From a virus: DNA of 64,000 bases. Below, in pieces: positions 21,395 through 30,297 of the stretch (position 1 is the first letter of the stretch; each line of letters begins with the position of its first letter). The stretch spans positions 23,112 to 87,111 of the IMG/VR virus record IMGVR_UViG_3300005613_000027; one strand, given 5' to 3'. The position numbers were made by a program, and so were the translations under genes. The notes beneath the pieces are model-generated. The model made no database searches. It saw only the letters and a program-made list of their open reading frames with translations, and had not been told where the DNA came from.

Positions 21395-21625
21395 CTAACG
21401 TGGTTTTAAACTTAAATCCTCTTTATATAAATTAGCCCTTTCAACTCTTATAGATTGGTGGTTTGGGTTATATCCAGCTTGTGGATATCTACCACCTCTA
21501 TAACTACGTGGATATTGTTCAAAATCCATGAACTTAGACCTTTCAGATACAATTCTAGCTACAGTATATCCTTTTTGATGTCTAACCCAGTAAGGTTCTC
21601 TATAATCACTTTCAGAAAGTGGCAT
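21395..21625 (-). CDS. Hypothetical protein
   Basis: 76-aa ORF translationally coupled to the upstream gene. Confidence 0.5.
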   Translation of the reverse strand: MPLSESDYREPYWVRHQKGYTVARIVSERSKFMDFEQYPRSYRGGRYPQAGYNPNHQSIRVERANLYKEDLSLKPR

Positions 21626-21978
21626 TACTCATCTCCTTCACTAATTTTTTTAAGACTTTTAAGATAGGTAATATCATACTCACCTCTTAAAAATTTTGAA
21701 ACACATTTTAAATTATCAACCCATCTATTCAAATCCTCTTCTATAGCGGACGCCCTAACTCTAAATAAAATAGTGTTACTATACTCTTTTATGTCTATAT
21801 TATCTAAATCTACATCCACTCTAAATTCCACACTAGATAAAATATTAATCCATTTTAAAAAAGTATCCTTTTCTTCTGTATTAACACTGAACTCAAAAAC
21901 TATCTTATTTGTAGATCTTAACAAATCAAATTGTATTAGACTTTCATTAAATTCAGACTTAAACATTTTATACACCAC
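21625..21978 (-). CDS. Hypothetical protein
   Basis: 117-aa ORF in operon. Confidence 0.5.
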   Translation of the reverse strand: MVYKMFKSEFNESLIQFDLLRSTNKIVFEFSVNTEEKDTFLKWINILSSVEFRVDVDLDNIDIKEYSNTILFRVRASAIEEDLNRWVDNLKCVSKFLRGEYDITYLKSLKKISEGDE

Positions 21979-22047
21979 CTTTTCCTTGTCTTATTTATAA
22001 TTTTATCCTAAAATAAACTATTTAGGCACACATTTTTTTCTTTTTGT

Positions 22048-22362
22048 TCAATAGCGCTGGCCTGGCGGACATTTAGGAGCAGAATCTTCAGCATCTCTCG
22101 CCAAATATTCTGCATACTCCTCCTCTCTACCCTCAACAACTTTACCAGTAGTTATTTCGCTGGCTTTTATTGTTCCCATTAAATCCATAGCAAAAGAAGG
22201 AATACTGTCTCCCTCCCACTCAACAGTTATATTCATATAAGTTTTATCCGCTATCTTTGATACCATTCTAGCAGAATTATAATTATCCCCGCTTTTTGTT
22301 ATACTAGTATATACGATGGTACCAATGTCTATCTTTATATCTAATGTTTTTTTACTAGCCAT
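22048..22362 (-). CDS. Hypothetical protein; possible UGA readthrough to 22018
   Basis: AGGAGG RBS; ends CPPGQRY-TGA-TKRKKCVPK-TAG. Confidence 0.6.
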   Translation of the reverse strand: MASKKTLDIKIDIGTIVYTSITKSGDNYNSARMVSKIADKTYMNITVEWEGDSIPSFAMDLMGTIKASEITTGKVVEGREEEYAEYLARDAEDSAPKCPPGQRY

Positions 22363-22389
22363 TGTTATTCCTCCTTTTAATTTTATTTA

Positions 22390-22620
22390 TTAAGGTGACG
22401 GTGGCTCTGCTATAAGAGCTGCATTATAAGCATCTATATCTTCTTGAGTCATATCCCCCTGCATAAGCGGAGTACCACTAGCTGGGTCATTAGCAGGCAT
22501 AGTGTCTTCAGGACCATACCAACAAATCCAATCTCCATCAAATACAATACCAGTAGCATATCCATCGGCTGGCGCGGACTGCCCTGGTGTTAATTTGAAC
22601 TTTCTATAAACATTAGCCAT
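22390..22620 (-). CDS. Hypothetical protein (likely start MANVYRK)
   Basis: AGGAGG RBS before the ATG at 22620. Confidence 0.55.
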   Translation of the reverse strand: MANVYRKFKLTPGQSAPADGYATGIVFDGDWICWYGPEDTMPANDPASGTPLMQGDMTQEDIDAYNAALIAEPPSP

Positions 22621-22621
22621 A

Positions 22622-23272
22622 TTATCCTCCTGAAATTTTAAAATTTGCAAGATGTTTGCCAACTAAAAATCTAGCTACATCTTTAGCAGTCTCTTTTAAT
22701 TCTTTTAATGTCCATTGATTATTCACTGTAAAATCTACTCTGTGCCCATCATCTAAATCAGTTTCTGATATATGTTGTTTATTATGTGTGGCTTTATCTT
22801 CTTCTCTCTCAACTCTTACATGATAACCACCTCTATCCACAACAGCATCAACTTCATTTACATGACGTAAATCAGTAATTATAACATTTTTATATTCTTT
22901 ATCTTCAATAACTCTAAATAAGCGGTCTATCCAAAAATCATAATTTATTGTTCTGAAAAACTGACCGTAATTCTGCATTATCTCACGGGGTGTCCAATAC
23001 TTAGGACGGGTTGGTAACTCACCTTTACCAAGACCTTCACAAAATGGTATTATGTGGTGTACCCTTTTATATCTCTCATCCTCAACTTCTTTCTCATCGC
23101 CCCAAAGCTGTTCGTAAGATAAATCAAAATCCTTTTGAACTTTTAACTTTAATTCATGAGCATATGCCATAAGAACATATGCCTGACCTGTTTGTATTTG
23201 TAATTCTCTTGCCAACATTTCTGCAAATGTATCTTTCCCAGACCTTGCCTTACCACTTACCCCGATTAACAT
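22622..23272 (-). CDS. Deoxynucleoside monophosphate kinase (T4 gp1-like)
   Basis: IGVSGKARSGKDT P-loop; TPREIMQ; IITDLRHVNE; HISE. Confidence 0.88.
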   Translation of the reverse strand: MLIGVSGKARSGKDTFAEMLARELQIQTGQAYVLMAYAHELKLKVQKDFDLSYEQLWGDEKEVEDERYKRVHHIIPFCEGLGKGELPTRPKYWTPREIMQNYGQFFRTINYDFWIDRLFRVIEDKEYKNVIITDLRHVNEVDAVVDRGGYHVRVEREEDKATHNKQHISETDLDDGHRVDFTVNNQWTLKELKETAKDVARFLVGKHLANFKISGG

Positions 23273-23330
23273 TTTAAACCCTCCCCCTGAACACCTTTAA
23301 CAACTTTGTATACTTTATCATAAACTCCTA

Positions 23331-23591
23331 TCAAACTTTAAATTTTTTTATATTCCTTTTTAATTCAGAATCATACCTTTTTATCTTCTCGATTATATTT
23401 TTAACAGCCTTCTGCTCCCTGGTTAAAATTTCCGTTGCACGCTCTGTTGTTATATCTCTCTTTATTTCTACAAATTTAACAACATATTCTTTACACTTAG
23501 GCTCTTCTTCCTTTACACACTTCTTTCTATTCTCCTCACAAAAACACTCTACATCTAATCCATCAAATTTGACCCACAGTTTTTTAATCAA
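23331..23591 (-). CDS. Hypothetical Cys-containing protein
   Basis: 86-aa ORF in operon. Confidence 0.5.
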   Translation of the reverse strand: MIKKLWVKFDGLDVECFCEENRKKCVKEEEPKCKEYVVKFVEIKRDITTERATEILTREQKAVKNIIEKIKRYDSELKRNIKKFKV

Positions 23592-23985
23592 CGTTTATAC
23601 TCCAATCGTTTATATTTATAACCCTATTAAGCAACATATATTCTTCAATTAACTTAGTTCTTTGCTCCATTAAATTAAAAATATCTAATGTATTTCTAGG
23701 ATTACTTATCAAACTTGCCATTGTTTCTATTTTCTCTAAAACTGTAGTCCTCAATTCAACAGCAGTGGAAATAGACACTTTAGTAGTACCTATCTCTACT
23801 TCAACATCATTATTAGCTCTATTTATAGCTATAGAATACTTTTGAATTTTATCCTGTAATATAAATATCTTATTTATAATATCATTTACATTACCATGAA
23901 CATCTTTATCTAATAAATAGTTCTCAAGCTCTTTAATTTCTGTTTTCAATATTTTATTTCTTAATATTAATTCTCCTAATAACAT
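23584..23985 (-). CDS. Helical protein resembling the DIP1984/septicolysin-like family
   Basis: MxLGExL..., INRAN, SISxA.ELR and terminal NDW pattern, recognised from memory. Confidence 0.4.
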   Translation of the reverse strand: MLLGELILRNKILKTEIKELENYLLDKDVHGNVNDIINKIFILQDKIQKYSIAINRANNDVEVEIGTTKVSISTAVELRTTVLEKIETMASLISNPRNTLDIFNLMEQRTKLIEEYMLLNRVININDWSINVD

Positions 23986-24000
23986 TTAAATCTCCTTGTA

Positions 24001-24922
24001 AAATGTAGTTGTTCATCAAGGAACTCGGATAGAGCCCCGGCCTGCTTTTAGTCTAGTGCTGTGGAGCAATTACCACAGAATTTCAAATATGAACGCCATC
24101 TCCTACCACAAGTAGGGCATTGAATTTTTACCCTAGTAGCTACTGCTTTTCTCACAGGTCTAACTTTACCACTCTTTTTAACAGTACCCTTCAACCTAAT
24201 AATTATAGTAGAAGAACTGCTTTCCAGCGGGCCGACATCACCATAGTGAAAATCTTGTCTGACTTTGGACCCCTTCACAGTTATCACCTCGTCTGGCTTT
24301 GGGGTAGGAACATTACATGACACAGTAGTAGACGATTTCATACACCCTTTCACCTGATGGAAATTAGCCATGGTATATGTTGTTTGCGAAGGTCCGCCTT
24401 TACTATCTCCAAAAGTAAAATCATTTAAAGTATAATCAGGACTAAACCCCTCATCATAATTATAAACCACCCAAGGAGTAACTTGAGTAGTTTGCTCATA
24501 CCAAAATTCTACTTCAACCATACCGTCATCAATTCTGTCTCCACGAAATCTTGCAATTTCCTTAGTCTTCTTAATAACTCTAAACTTATGGGTAGCTCTA
24601 AGTCCTTTAAGAAAACCTTTTAATTCTCTCTGGGATTTACCAGGAACTATATACCTGTGACCGCCCATTACATCTTGTCCATCAACAGAAATTCTGGCTA
24701 CCGCCGTTCGAGAATCTTTGTTTTTTAACAAAATAGAATATTCAGAACCAGGTGGTAATCTTACGACACCGCCTCGTTCTCTCATTATTCTACCTTTATG
24801 TTTTATTACTGCTATAAAATTATTCTTGTACACCATTCTATTTCCTCCCTTTTTACAGGCCTCCAGCCAAGGCCTCGTTTTATTTTTAAGCTGGATAGGA
24901 TTTATGATGAACAACTACATTT
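24001..24922. repeat. 18-bp perfect inverted repeat (24001..24018 and 24905..24922) framing one gene
   Basis: AAATGTAGTTGTTCATCA and TGATGAACAACTACATTT. Confidence 0.9.
24048..24836 (-). CDS. Conserved phage hypothetical protein with C-terminal zinc ribbon (likely start MVYKNN)
   Basis: GGGAGG RBS; EYSILLKN...ISVDGQDV; CPTCG...FCGNC. Confidence 0.7.
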   Translation of the reverse strand: MVYKNNFIAVIKHKGRIMRERGGVVRLPPGSEYSILLKNKDSRTAVARISVDGQDVMGGHRYIVPGKSQRELKGFLKGLRATHKFRVIKKTKEIARFRGDRIDDGMVEVEFWYEQTTQVTPWVVYNYDEGFSPDYTLNDFTFGDSKGGPSQTTYTMANFHQVKGCMKSSTTVSCNVPTPKPDEVITVKGSKVRQDFHYGDVGPLESSSSTIIIRLKGTVKKSGKVRPVRKAVATRVKIQCPTCGRRWRSYLKFCGNCSTALD

Positions 24923-24925
24923 AGT

Positions 24926-25144
24926 TTATTCTTCTATTAATACTTCTTTGGCTTGCATGCCTTTTTCTTCCTTTTTAAGAACAAAAGACACCTTCTGCCC
25001 AGCTTTTAACGTTTTAAAGCCTTCCATATCAATGCTACTGAAATGAACAAAATACTCTTCATTCTCAATATCATCTCTGGTTACAAATCCGTAACCTCTT
25101 TCATTACTAAACCATTTAACTTCTCCAAATACTCTACTCATCAT
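24926..25144 (-). CDS. csp: Cold-shock domain protein
   Basis: GEVKWFSNERGYGFV (RNP1); YFVHFSSI (RNP2); GFKTL.GQKVSF. Confidence 0.93.
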   Translation of the reverse strand: MMSRVFGEVKWFSNERGYGFVTRDDIENEEYFVHFSSIDMEGFKTLKAGQKVSFVLKKEEKGMQAKEVLIEE

Positions 25145-25159
25145 TCTAAATTCCTCCGA

Positions 25160-25348
25160 TTATTCTTCTTTTTTCTCTTCTGTTTTATTGCCCGGCAGAA
25201 GGGGCTTCAAAGCAGCTTTAATTGCAGTTAAAATTATATCATCGTAAGGTGTAGGTGTTATGGCCACAACTTTATCGGCCACAAGTAAAATTAGTAAAAC
25301 TAATTCCCAATTTTGTATAACCCACGTCAAAACAGTAACATTATCCAT
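25160..25348 (-). CDS. Small membrane protein, probable holin
   Basis: TM helix, ITPTPYDD motif and charged tail; next to the endolysin. Confidence 0.55.
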   Translation of the reverse strand: MDNVTVLTWVIQNWELVLLILLVADKVVAITPTPYDDIILTAIKAALKPLLPGNKTEEKKEE

Positions 25349-25357
25349 GTTTCCTCC

Positions 25358-25846
25358 TTAAACGTCGTATAAACTCTTTAGGTAATTTAAAGACACCTCT
25401 TCATAACTATGTTTCTCATCCTTTAATTTTAACTTCTTAATATTCCCGCCTTCTCTGTAAGCCACGTGAATCCATCCATCTGGAAAATATTCTGCAATGA
25501 CTGCGCGATATTCCAGCCCACTACAAATAAATTCCACGACATCAATTAATTTAGTTTTCGGATCTATCGGCTCTATATCAGCAGCCTGCCCTCTTGCGTG
25601 ATTCGAATTCTTATTGCTACCCACCGCTTCACACAATTCCACACTCCTAAAACCACTTGTAATCCTAATTCTGCCAAACTCATTTCTTACAGGCTGTAAT
25701 ATATTTACAGCCAGCTTTTCTATACATTCCCACTCTTCATCAGTAGGTTCGTTTTTTATACCTTTCCTCAAAGCAGTCTGAGATCTTACAAACTCCTTAT
25801 AACTAAAGCTTTCTGCGCCAGGTATTTTATCATTTAATTTTCTCAT
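25358..25846 (-). CDS. Peptidase M15A-family endolysin
   Basis: ITSGFRS...SNHARGQAADI...WIHVAY. Confidence 0.88.
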   Translation of the reverse strand: MRKLNDKIPGAESFSYKEFVRSQTALRKGIKNEPTDEEWECIEKLAVNILQPVRNEFGRIRITSGFRSVELCEAVGSNKNSNHARGQAADIEPIDPKTKLIDVVEFICSGLEYRAVIAEYFPDGWIHVAYREGGNIKKLKLKDEKHSYEEVSLNYLKSLYDV

Positions 25847-25856
25847 TAATTATCTC

Positions 25857-26855
25857 CTATAGCTGTGACGCTAAAAGACATCCGTGCGCAACAGCGGTCA
25901 TTGGATCTTCCGCTTCTCTCACTTCACTTATTTCTAATGGAAAATTCACAGTTTTTAAACTTTCTTTTATTTTCCTAGTAAACCCTTTAGCCCTAGCTAA
26001 ACCACCTGAAACAATTATTGGCACTGGGTCTCTGAAAATAGGTAGCTCCTTTTCTCTTCTACCAAGTTCATACACAATATTTTGTAAAGTGTAAGTAATA
26101 ACTGAATTGTAATACACAGCAACAGCTTCCATAATCTGATTACTCGGTTTGAATAAATCTACACCTGCTTCTTTTTCTAACTGCACCAAACTAGGAGAAA
26201 CATCCAATGCCTCACCTACAGATTGGTCTATGAAATCTCCTGCTTTAGTCATACTAAATTCAATTAAAGGATCTCCTTGGTGGATTACAGCCACATTACA
26301 CATCCCAGCTCCATAAGAAAGACATATACCAGTAAGCCCGTCTTCAAGTAGCTCGGACAATGCTATGGCAAAACCCTCATTGATTGGTGACGCCACATAC
26401 CCCATTTCATTTAAATACATGTTCATAATTTCTGTGTGGTACACAATATTAAAAACTGCATCTATCGGTTTAGCAGGCACTGAATAAATAACCACATCAC
26501 CCTTATTACCATTACCTAGTAAACTTTTTATAATTAGTTTAAGCATAGGTAATGAGGCTTTCTCTTTGGGTGATATAATGCCTTTTTTTAATGGACGCCT
26601 TGCTACATCATTTCTTTCTATAGCAATCTCAAGGGCATCTTCACCCACCACTGTAAAAGCGCCATCAGAATTGGTTATGAAATTACAACCTCGTTTTTCT
26701 AATGACAATCTAATACTATTTTTGTTTACTTCTGATTTAGGCACTATCGTATAGAAAGCATCCCTTTCCATTTTGAAAACCACTTTATCGTCGGCATCAA
26801 GCATTCCTGCTACCAACATATTTGTACCTATATCTAAACCTTTACTTCCAGACAT
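25857..26855 (-). CDS. Actin-fold ATPase, volactin/MamK/MreB-like
   Basis: Phosphate-1 GLDIGT; VGEDAL; RRPLKKG; YSVPA; connect-1 INEG; phosphate-2 SYGAGM; AGDFID; adenosine IVSGG; connect-2 DPMTAVAHG. Confidence 0.85.
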   Translation of the reverse strand: MSGSKGLDIGTNMLVAGMLDADDKVVFKMERDAFYTIVPKSEVNKNSIRLSLEKRGCNFITNSDGAFTVVGEDALEIAIERNDVARRPLKKGIISPKEKASLPMLKLIIKSLLGNGNKGDVVIYSVPAKPIDAVFNIVYHTEIMNMYLNEMGYVASPINEGFAIALSELLEDGLTGICLSYGAGMCNVAVIHQGDPLIEFSMTKAGDFIDQSVGEALDVSPSLVQLEKEAGVDLFKPSNQIMEAVAVYYNSVITYTLQNIVYELGRREKELPIFRDPVPIIVSGGLARAKGFTRKIKESLKTVNFPLEISEVREAEDPMTAVAHGCLLASQL

Positions 26856-26873
26856 AATTCTTCCTCCTTTTTC

Positions 26874-28226
26874 TTATCCATTCGCCTTAGGAAGTTTACC
26901 CATCAAACTTCTTAATCTCTCTACCTTACTCTGTACTTCGACCTCTGACTCTGATTTTTCTTCCTTTATATTTATATGCGATTCTAAACCTTCACCAGCA
27001 TCCTTCTTCAAAGGATCAATAAACGTAGTTTCCATCTTAGGCCTATTAGTTTCCAGTTCAAGTTGAGCTTCTGCGTTCGAAAGAGCGAACGTTAAATCTT
27101 CAATCTTTCTAGTCTGTTTCTTCAATAAAGCAGTAACATCCTCATCAGTTTTGAATTTAACTTTCTCTTTTAATGTTCTGATCTCACCTTTTTTCTTTTC
27201 TATCTCAAGCTTAAATTTATTTATCTCTTTATTGTGCCGCGCGTTAATTTTATCCTTTTCTGATGCCATCATTGCTAATTCAGCTTTCAGCTTCTTTGGT
27301 TCTTCTGATTTAGAACTGCTTTCCAATTTCTCATATTTTTGCTTTAATTCATTTAATTCGGAAGTTATTTTAGACAACTCTTTTTCTGCTACATTCCTTT
27401 TTTCTCTTGATTCATCCAACTTTTTTTGTAAAACATCGGCTTTATCTTCTAACTCCTTATAATCGAAACTACCTACTTTTGAAGCCATTTTTGTTAATTC
27501 AGTTTGTAATTTAACCTGTTGTTTCTTAGAATCATCTAATTTTTTCTGTAATTCTTTGGACCCTTTTATCTTGGCGCCACGTTTAAATTCTGTAAACTTA
27601 TTTACCAACTCAACTCTATTATGCTCGGTATCTGATAATTGTTGTTCAAGCGTCGCCTTTTCAGATTTAATATTATTTAGCTGTGCTTCTAATTCAGTTT
27701 TTTCAGATTCCAAAATTCCTATTTGATCTTGAGCCTCATTTTTTCTAACTCTCATGTTCTTTACTTCATTGACTAATCTGTCTTCATTAGCTTGTAAAGA
27801 ACTTACTCTATCTTTAAATTCTAATTTTTTAGATTTAGCCTCTTCTAATTCTTTTTGAAGACCTACTTGATATATCTCTAAATTTTTTATTTGCTCTAAA
27901 AGATCACTTTCATTCTTTTTCAAAGCATCTGTAGCAACACGTAATTCTTTAATCTCCTGTTTATTACCTTCCTGTACTTCTTTTACAGCAGAAGCTACGG
28001 CCCGTCTAATTTCGTCATCGACTTGCTCACCAGTATACTCTGCCTCAGACACTTTCTTAAGAGCTAATTCTTCGGTTAACCGTCTAACTTCCTCCCTTAA
28101 ATACACAACTAACTCTGATGTTTGAGTTGCCATTGTTTTCTGGCGTCTCTGTAAATCCCTTGGCCCGCCGCTAAGTAATTTTCTACCGTCAGGCTTTTGA
28201 AATTCTTTATCATATTTCATTACCAC
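26874..28226 (-). CDS. Long coiled-coil protein immediately upstream of the actin homolog
   Basis: About 350 aa of E/K/L heptads; C-terminal FIDP motif and amphipathic KVERLRSLMGK helix. Confidence 0.7.
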   Translation of the reverse strand: MVMKYDKEFQKPDGRKLLSGGPRDLQRRQKTMATQTSELVVYLREEVRRLTEELALKKVSEAEYTGEQVDDEIRRAVASAVKEVQEGNKQEIKELRVATDALKKNESDLLEQIKNLEIYQVGLQKELEEAKSKKLEFKDRVSSLQANEDRLVNEVKNMRVRKNEAQDQIGILESEKTELEAQLNNIKSEKATLEQQLSDTEHNRVELVNKFTEFKRGAKIKGSKELQKKLDDSKKQQVKLQTELTKMASKVGSFDYKELEDKADVLQKKLDESREKRNVAEKELSKITSELNELKQKYEKLESSSKSEEPKKLKAELAMMASEKDKINARHNKEINKFKLEIEKKKGEIRTLKEKVKFKTDEDVTALLKKQTRKIEDLTFALSNAEAQLELETNRPKMETTFIDPLKKDAGEGLESHINIKEEKSESEVEVQSKVERLRSLMGKLPKANG

Positions 28227-28241
28227 AACGAAATTCCTCCT

Positions 28242-28832
28242 TTACTCCCTCTTGTACTCCACACTATCTATAAGACCATATTCCTTCGCCTCTTCTGGCG
28301 TCATATAAAAATCACGTTCCATATCGATCTTTATTTTCTCTAGGTCTTGACCAGTTTTTTCGGCATAATGCTCTGCCATTTTAGCATGTAATCTTGTTAC
28401 CTGTTTGTATGTAACTTTTAAATCACCATATTTACCGCTAACTCCGCCGGATAATTCGTGTATCATAATGTTAGCATTAGGTAACGCATATCTTTTTTCT
28501 TTAGTTCCAGCACACAAAATAAAACTACCAGCACTTGCTATAGTTCCATATCCAACAGTAATAATATCTGGTTTAATATACTGCATTGTATCATATATAG
28601 CATACATAGCATCAATCTCACCACCACGCGAATTGACATACATACAAATATCTTTATCTGGATCATCTGCTTCTAAAAATAAAAGCTGAGCCACAATACT
28701 ATCAGCCATATCAGGCTTAAATTCTCCGCTCAGAAAGATTATTCTATCTTTCAACATCCTTGAATATAAATCATAAACCTTCTCTTGATTATTTTCCCCT
28801 TTTTCTATAACTAACGGTATTCTATAAGACAT
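28242..28832 (-). CDS. clpP: ATP-dependent Clp protease proteolytic subunit
   Basis: DLYSRMLKDRIIFL; VAQLLFL; catalytic Ser (IASAGS), His (MIHE) and Asp (ERDFYM). Confidence 0.95.
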   Translation of the reverse strand: MSYRIPLVIEKGENNQEKVYDLYSRMLKDRIIFLSGEFKPDMADSIVAQLLFLEADDPDKDICMYVNSRGGEIDAMYAIYDTMQYIKPDIITVGYGTIASAGSFILCAGTKEKRYALPNANIMIHELSGGVSGKYGDLKVTYKQVTRLHAKMAEHYAEKTGQDLEKIKIDMERDFYMTPEEAKEYGLIDSVEYKRE

Positions 28833-28872
28833 AATTCTTCTCCTTTTCCTCTATTATTATATGGTTACATTA

Positions 28873-29670
28873 TTAAGCGTTGGCTGTTCCAGTCATACTG
28901 CTACGAGCAACCGTTACATCACCAAAGTCAGTTGCGTTACCTGGAGTTGAAATCGTAATATAATCTATAACATTAGTAGCACCACTAGATCCACTACCGC
29001 CGCCAAATGTTCCTCTATCATTGGTGCCATTAGAAGCTGGGCCGCCAGTATGCCTTATTCCAGTTAAATCACCAAAGTCAGTCGCATCTCCTAAAGATGA
29101 TATTGTGATGTAATCCATAACATCAATTTTAACAGTTGTGTTGCCTCCTGCAAATACACCTCTATTATTTGTCGTATTTGATGTTGCCATTAAATAATCA
29201 CGCGCTACTGTCATATCACCAAAATCATTCGCATCTCCAGTAGATGATATGGTTATGTAGTCTATAACATTCGTACCAGCATTACCCTTACCGTGCCACA
29301 CAGCTCTATCATTAGCGCCGTTTGATGTTGCAGCTGGATATGATTTAGTTGTTGTTAAATCTCCAAAATCAGTAGCATCCCCAGTAGATGATATGGTTAT
29401 GTAGTCTATAACATTACTTGTGCCTGTGCCACCAGCAAACACACCTCTGTCTCCAGGAGGTACAACATAAGAAATAGGTGACACACTACCAAATCCTAAT
29501 ACTTCTCCAACACTATCTCTTGCAATAACTGTCTTGGTGCCTGATTCCAAACTATCAACCTCATATACGCCAACAGATTCTTCCGTATTGGATTCTACAG
29601 TCCAATCACTTTCTTTAATTATAATAACTCGTGAAGCATTTTCTAAAGTTCCTGAAATTTTATATGGCAT
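28873..29670 (-). CDS. MPYKISG-module protein 1 with GDRGxFAGG / IDYITIxSxGDATDFGDL repeats (probable beta-propeller)
   Basis: Shared ~70-aa N-terminal module, then four ~47-aa repeats. Confidence 0.8.
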   Translation of the reverse strand: MPYKISGTLENASRVIIIKESDWTVESNTEESVGVYEVDSLESGTKTVIARDSVGEVLGFGSVSPISYVVPPGDRGVFAGGTGTSNVIDYITISSTGDATDFGDLTTTKSYPAATSNGANDRAVWHGKGNAGTNVIDYITISSTGDANDFGDMTVARDYLMATSNTTNNRGVFAGGNTTVKIDVMDYITISSLGDATDFGDLTGIRHTGGPASNGTNDRGTFGGGSGSSGATNVIDYITISTPGNATDFGDVTVARSSMTGTANA

Positions 29671-29682
29671 TATTTTATCCTC

Positions 29683-30297
29683 CTAAAGAATCCATCCTAT
29701 TTGCCACTCATTTACAATCTTTTTGTAACCAACATTCTTCATAAAATCATTTACATAAGCACCCTTACCTATTTGCTCGTTCATATTATCATCAACCAAA
29801 ACTATTGCGCCAGATTTTAATTTTCCTAAAATTGCACATAATTCTTTAATGTGATGAAGCATTGATGGGTGTGCTGTTTGGGTGTTGCTCATAACTATGT
29901 CATATGAATCTAAATACACTAAATCTATATCTTTATCATAATCAAAATTCCATAAAAACTCTACACTATCTCCGTTGTGCACCTTTACTTTAGAACTTGT
30001 TATTTTTTCACACTTCTCACAAGCATCTTTGTTTATGTCTACAGTAAAAACCACACCATCGTAGTAGTTTACAAAATCATCAAATAACAAAGTGCTGTGC
30101 CCATCTCCTTCTATTGTGACTGCCCTGTAACAACCTGTTTCTACTATTGTGTAGAAATCCTGTCGTTTGAACTCTAACAACTCCATAATCTTTCTAAAAG
30201 TTCTCTGTCTGGCTGCCAAACGCGGTCCATATTTATTATCAAATAAATCTAAAAATGAACTACTACTCTTAAATTCCTCTTTCGTAAATCTATGCAT
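29683..30297 (-). CDS. Class I SAM-dependent methyltransferase (Methyltransf_24-like)
   Basis: IVETGC; FTVDI; GDSVEFL; IDLVYLDS; VLVDD. Confidence 0.8.
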   Translation of the reverse strand: MHRFTKEEFKSSSSFLDLFDNKYGPRLAARQRTFRKIMELLEFKRQDFYTIVETGCYRAVTIEGDGHSTLLFDDFVNYYDGVVFTVDINKDACEKCEKITSSKVKVHNGDSVEFLWNFDYDKDIDLVYLDSYDIVMSNTQTAHPSMLHHIKELCAILGKLKSGAIVLVDDNMNEQIGKGAYVNDFMKNVGYKKIVNEWQIGWIL

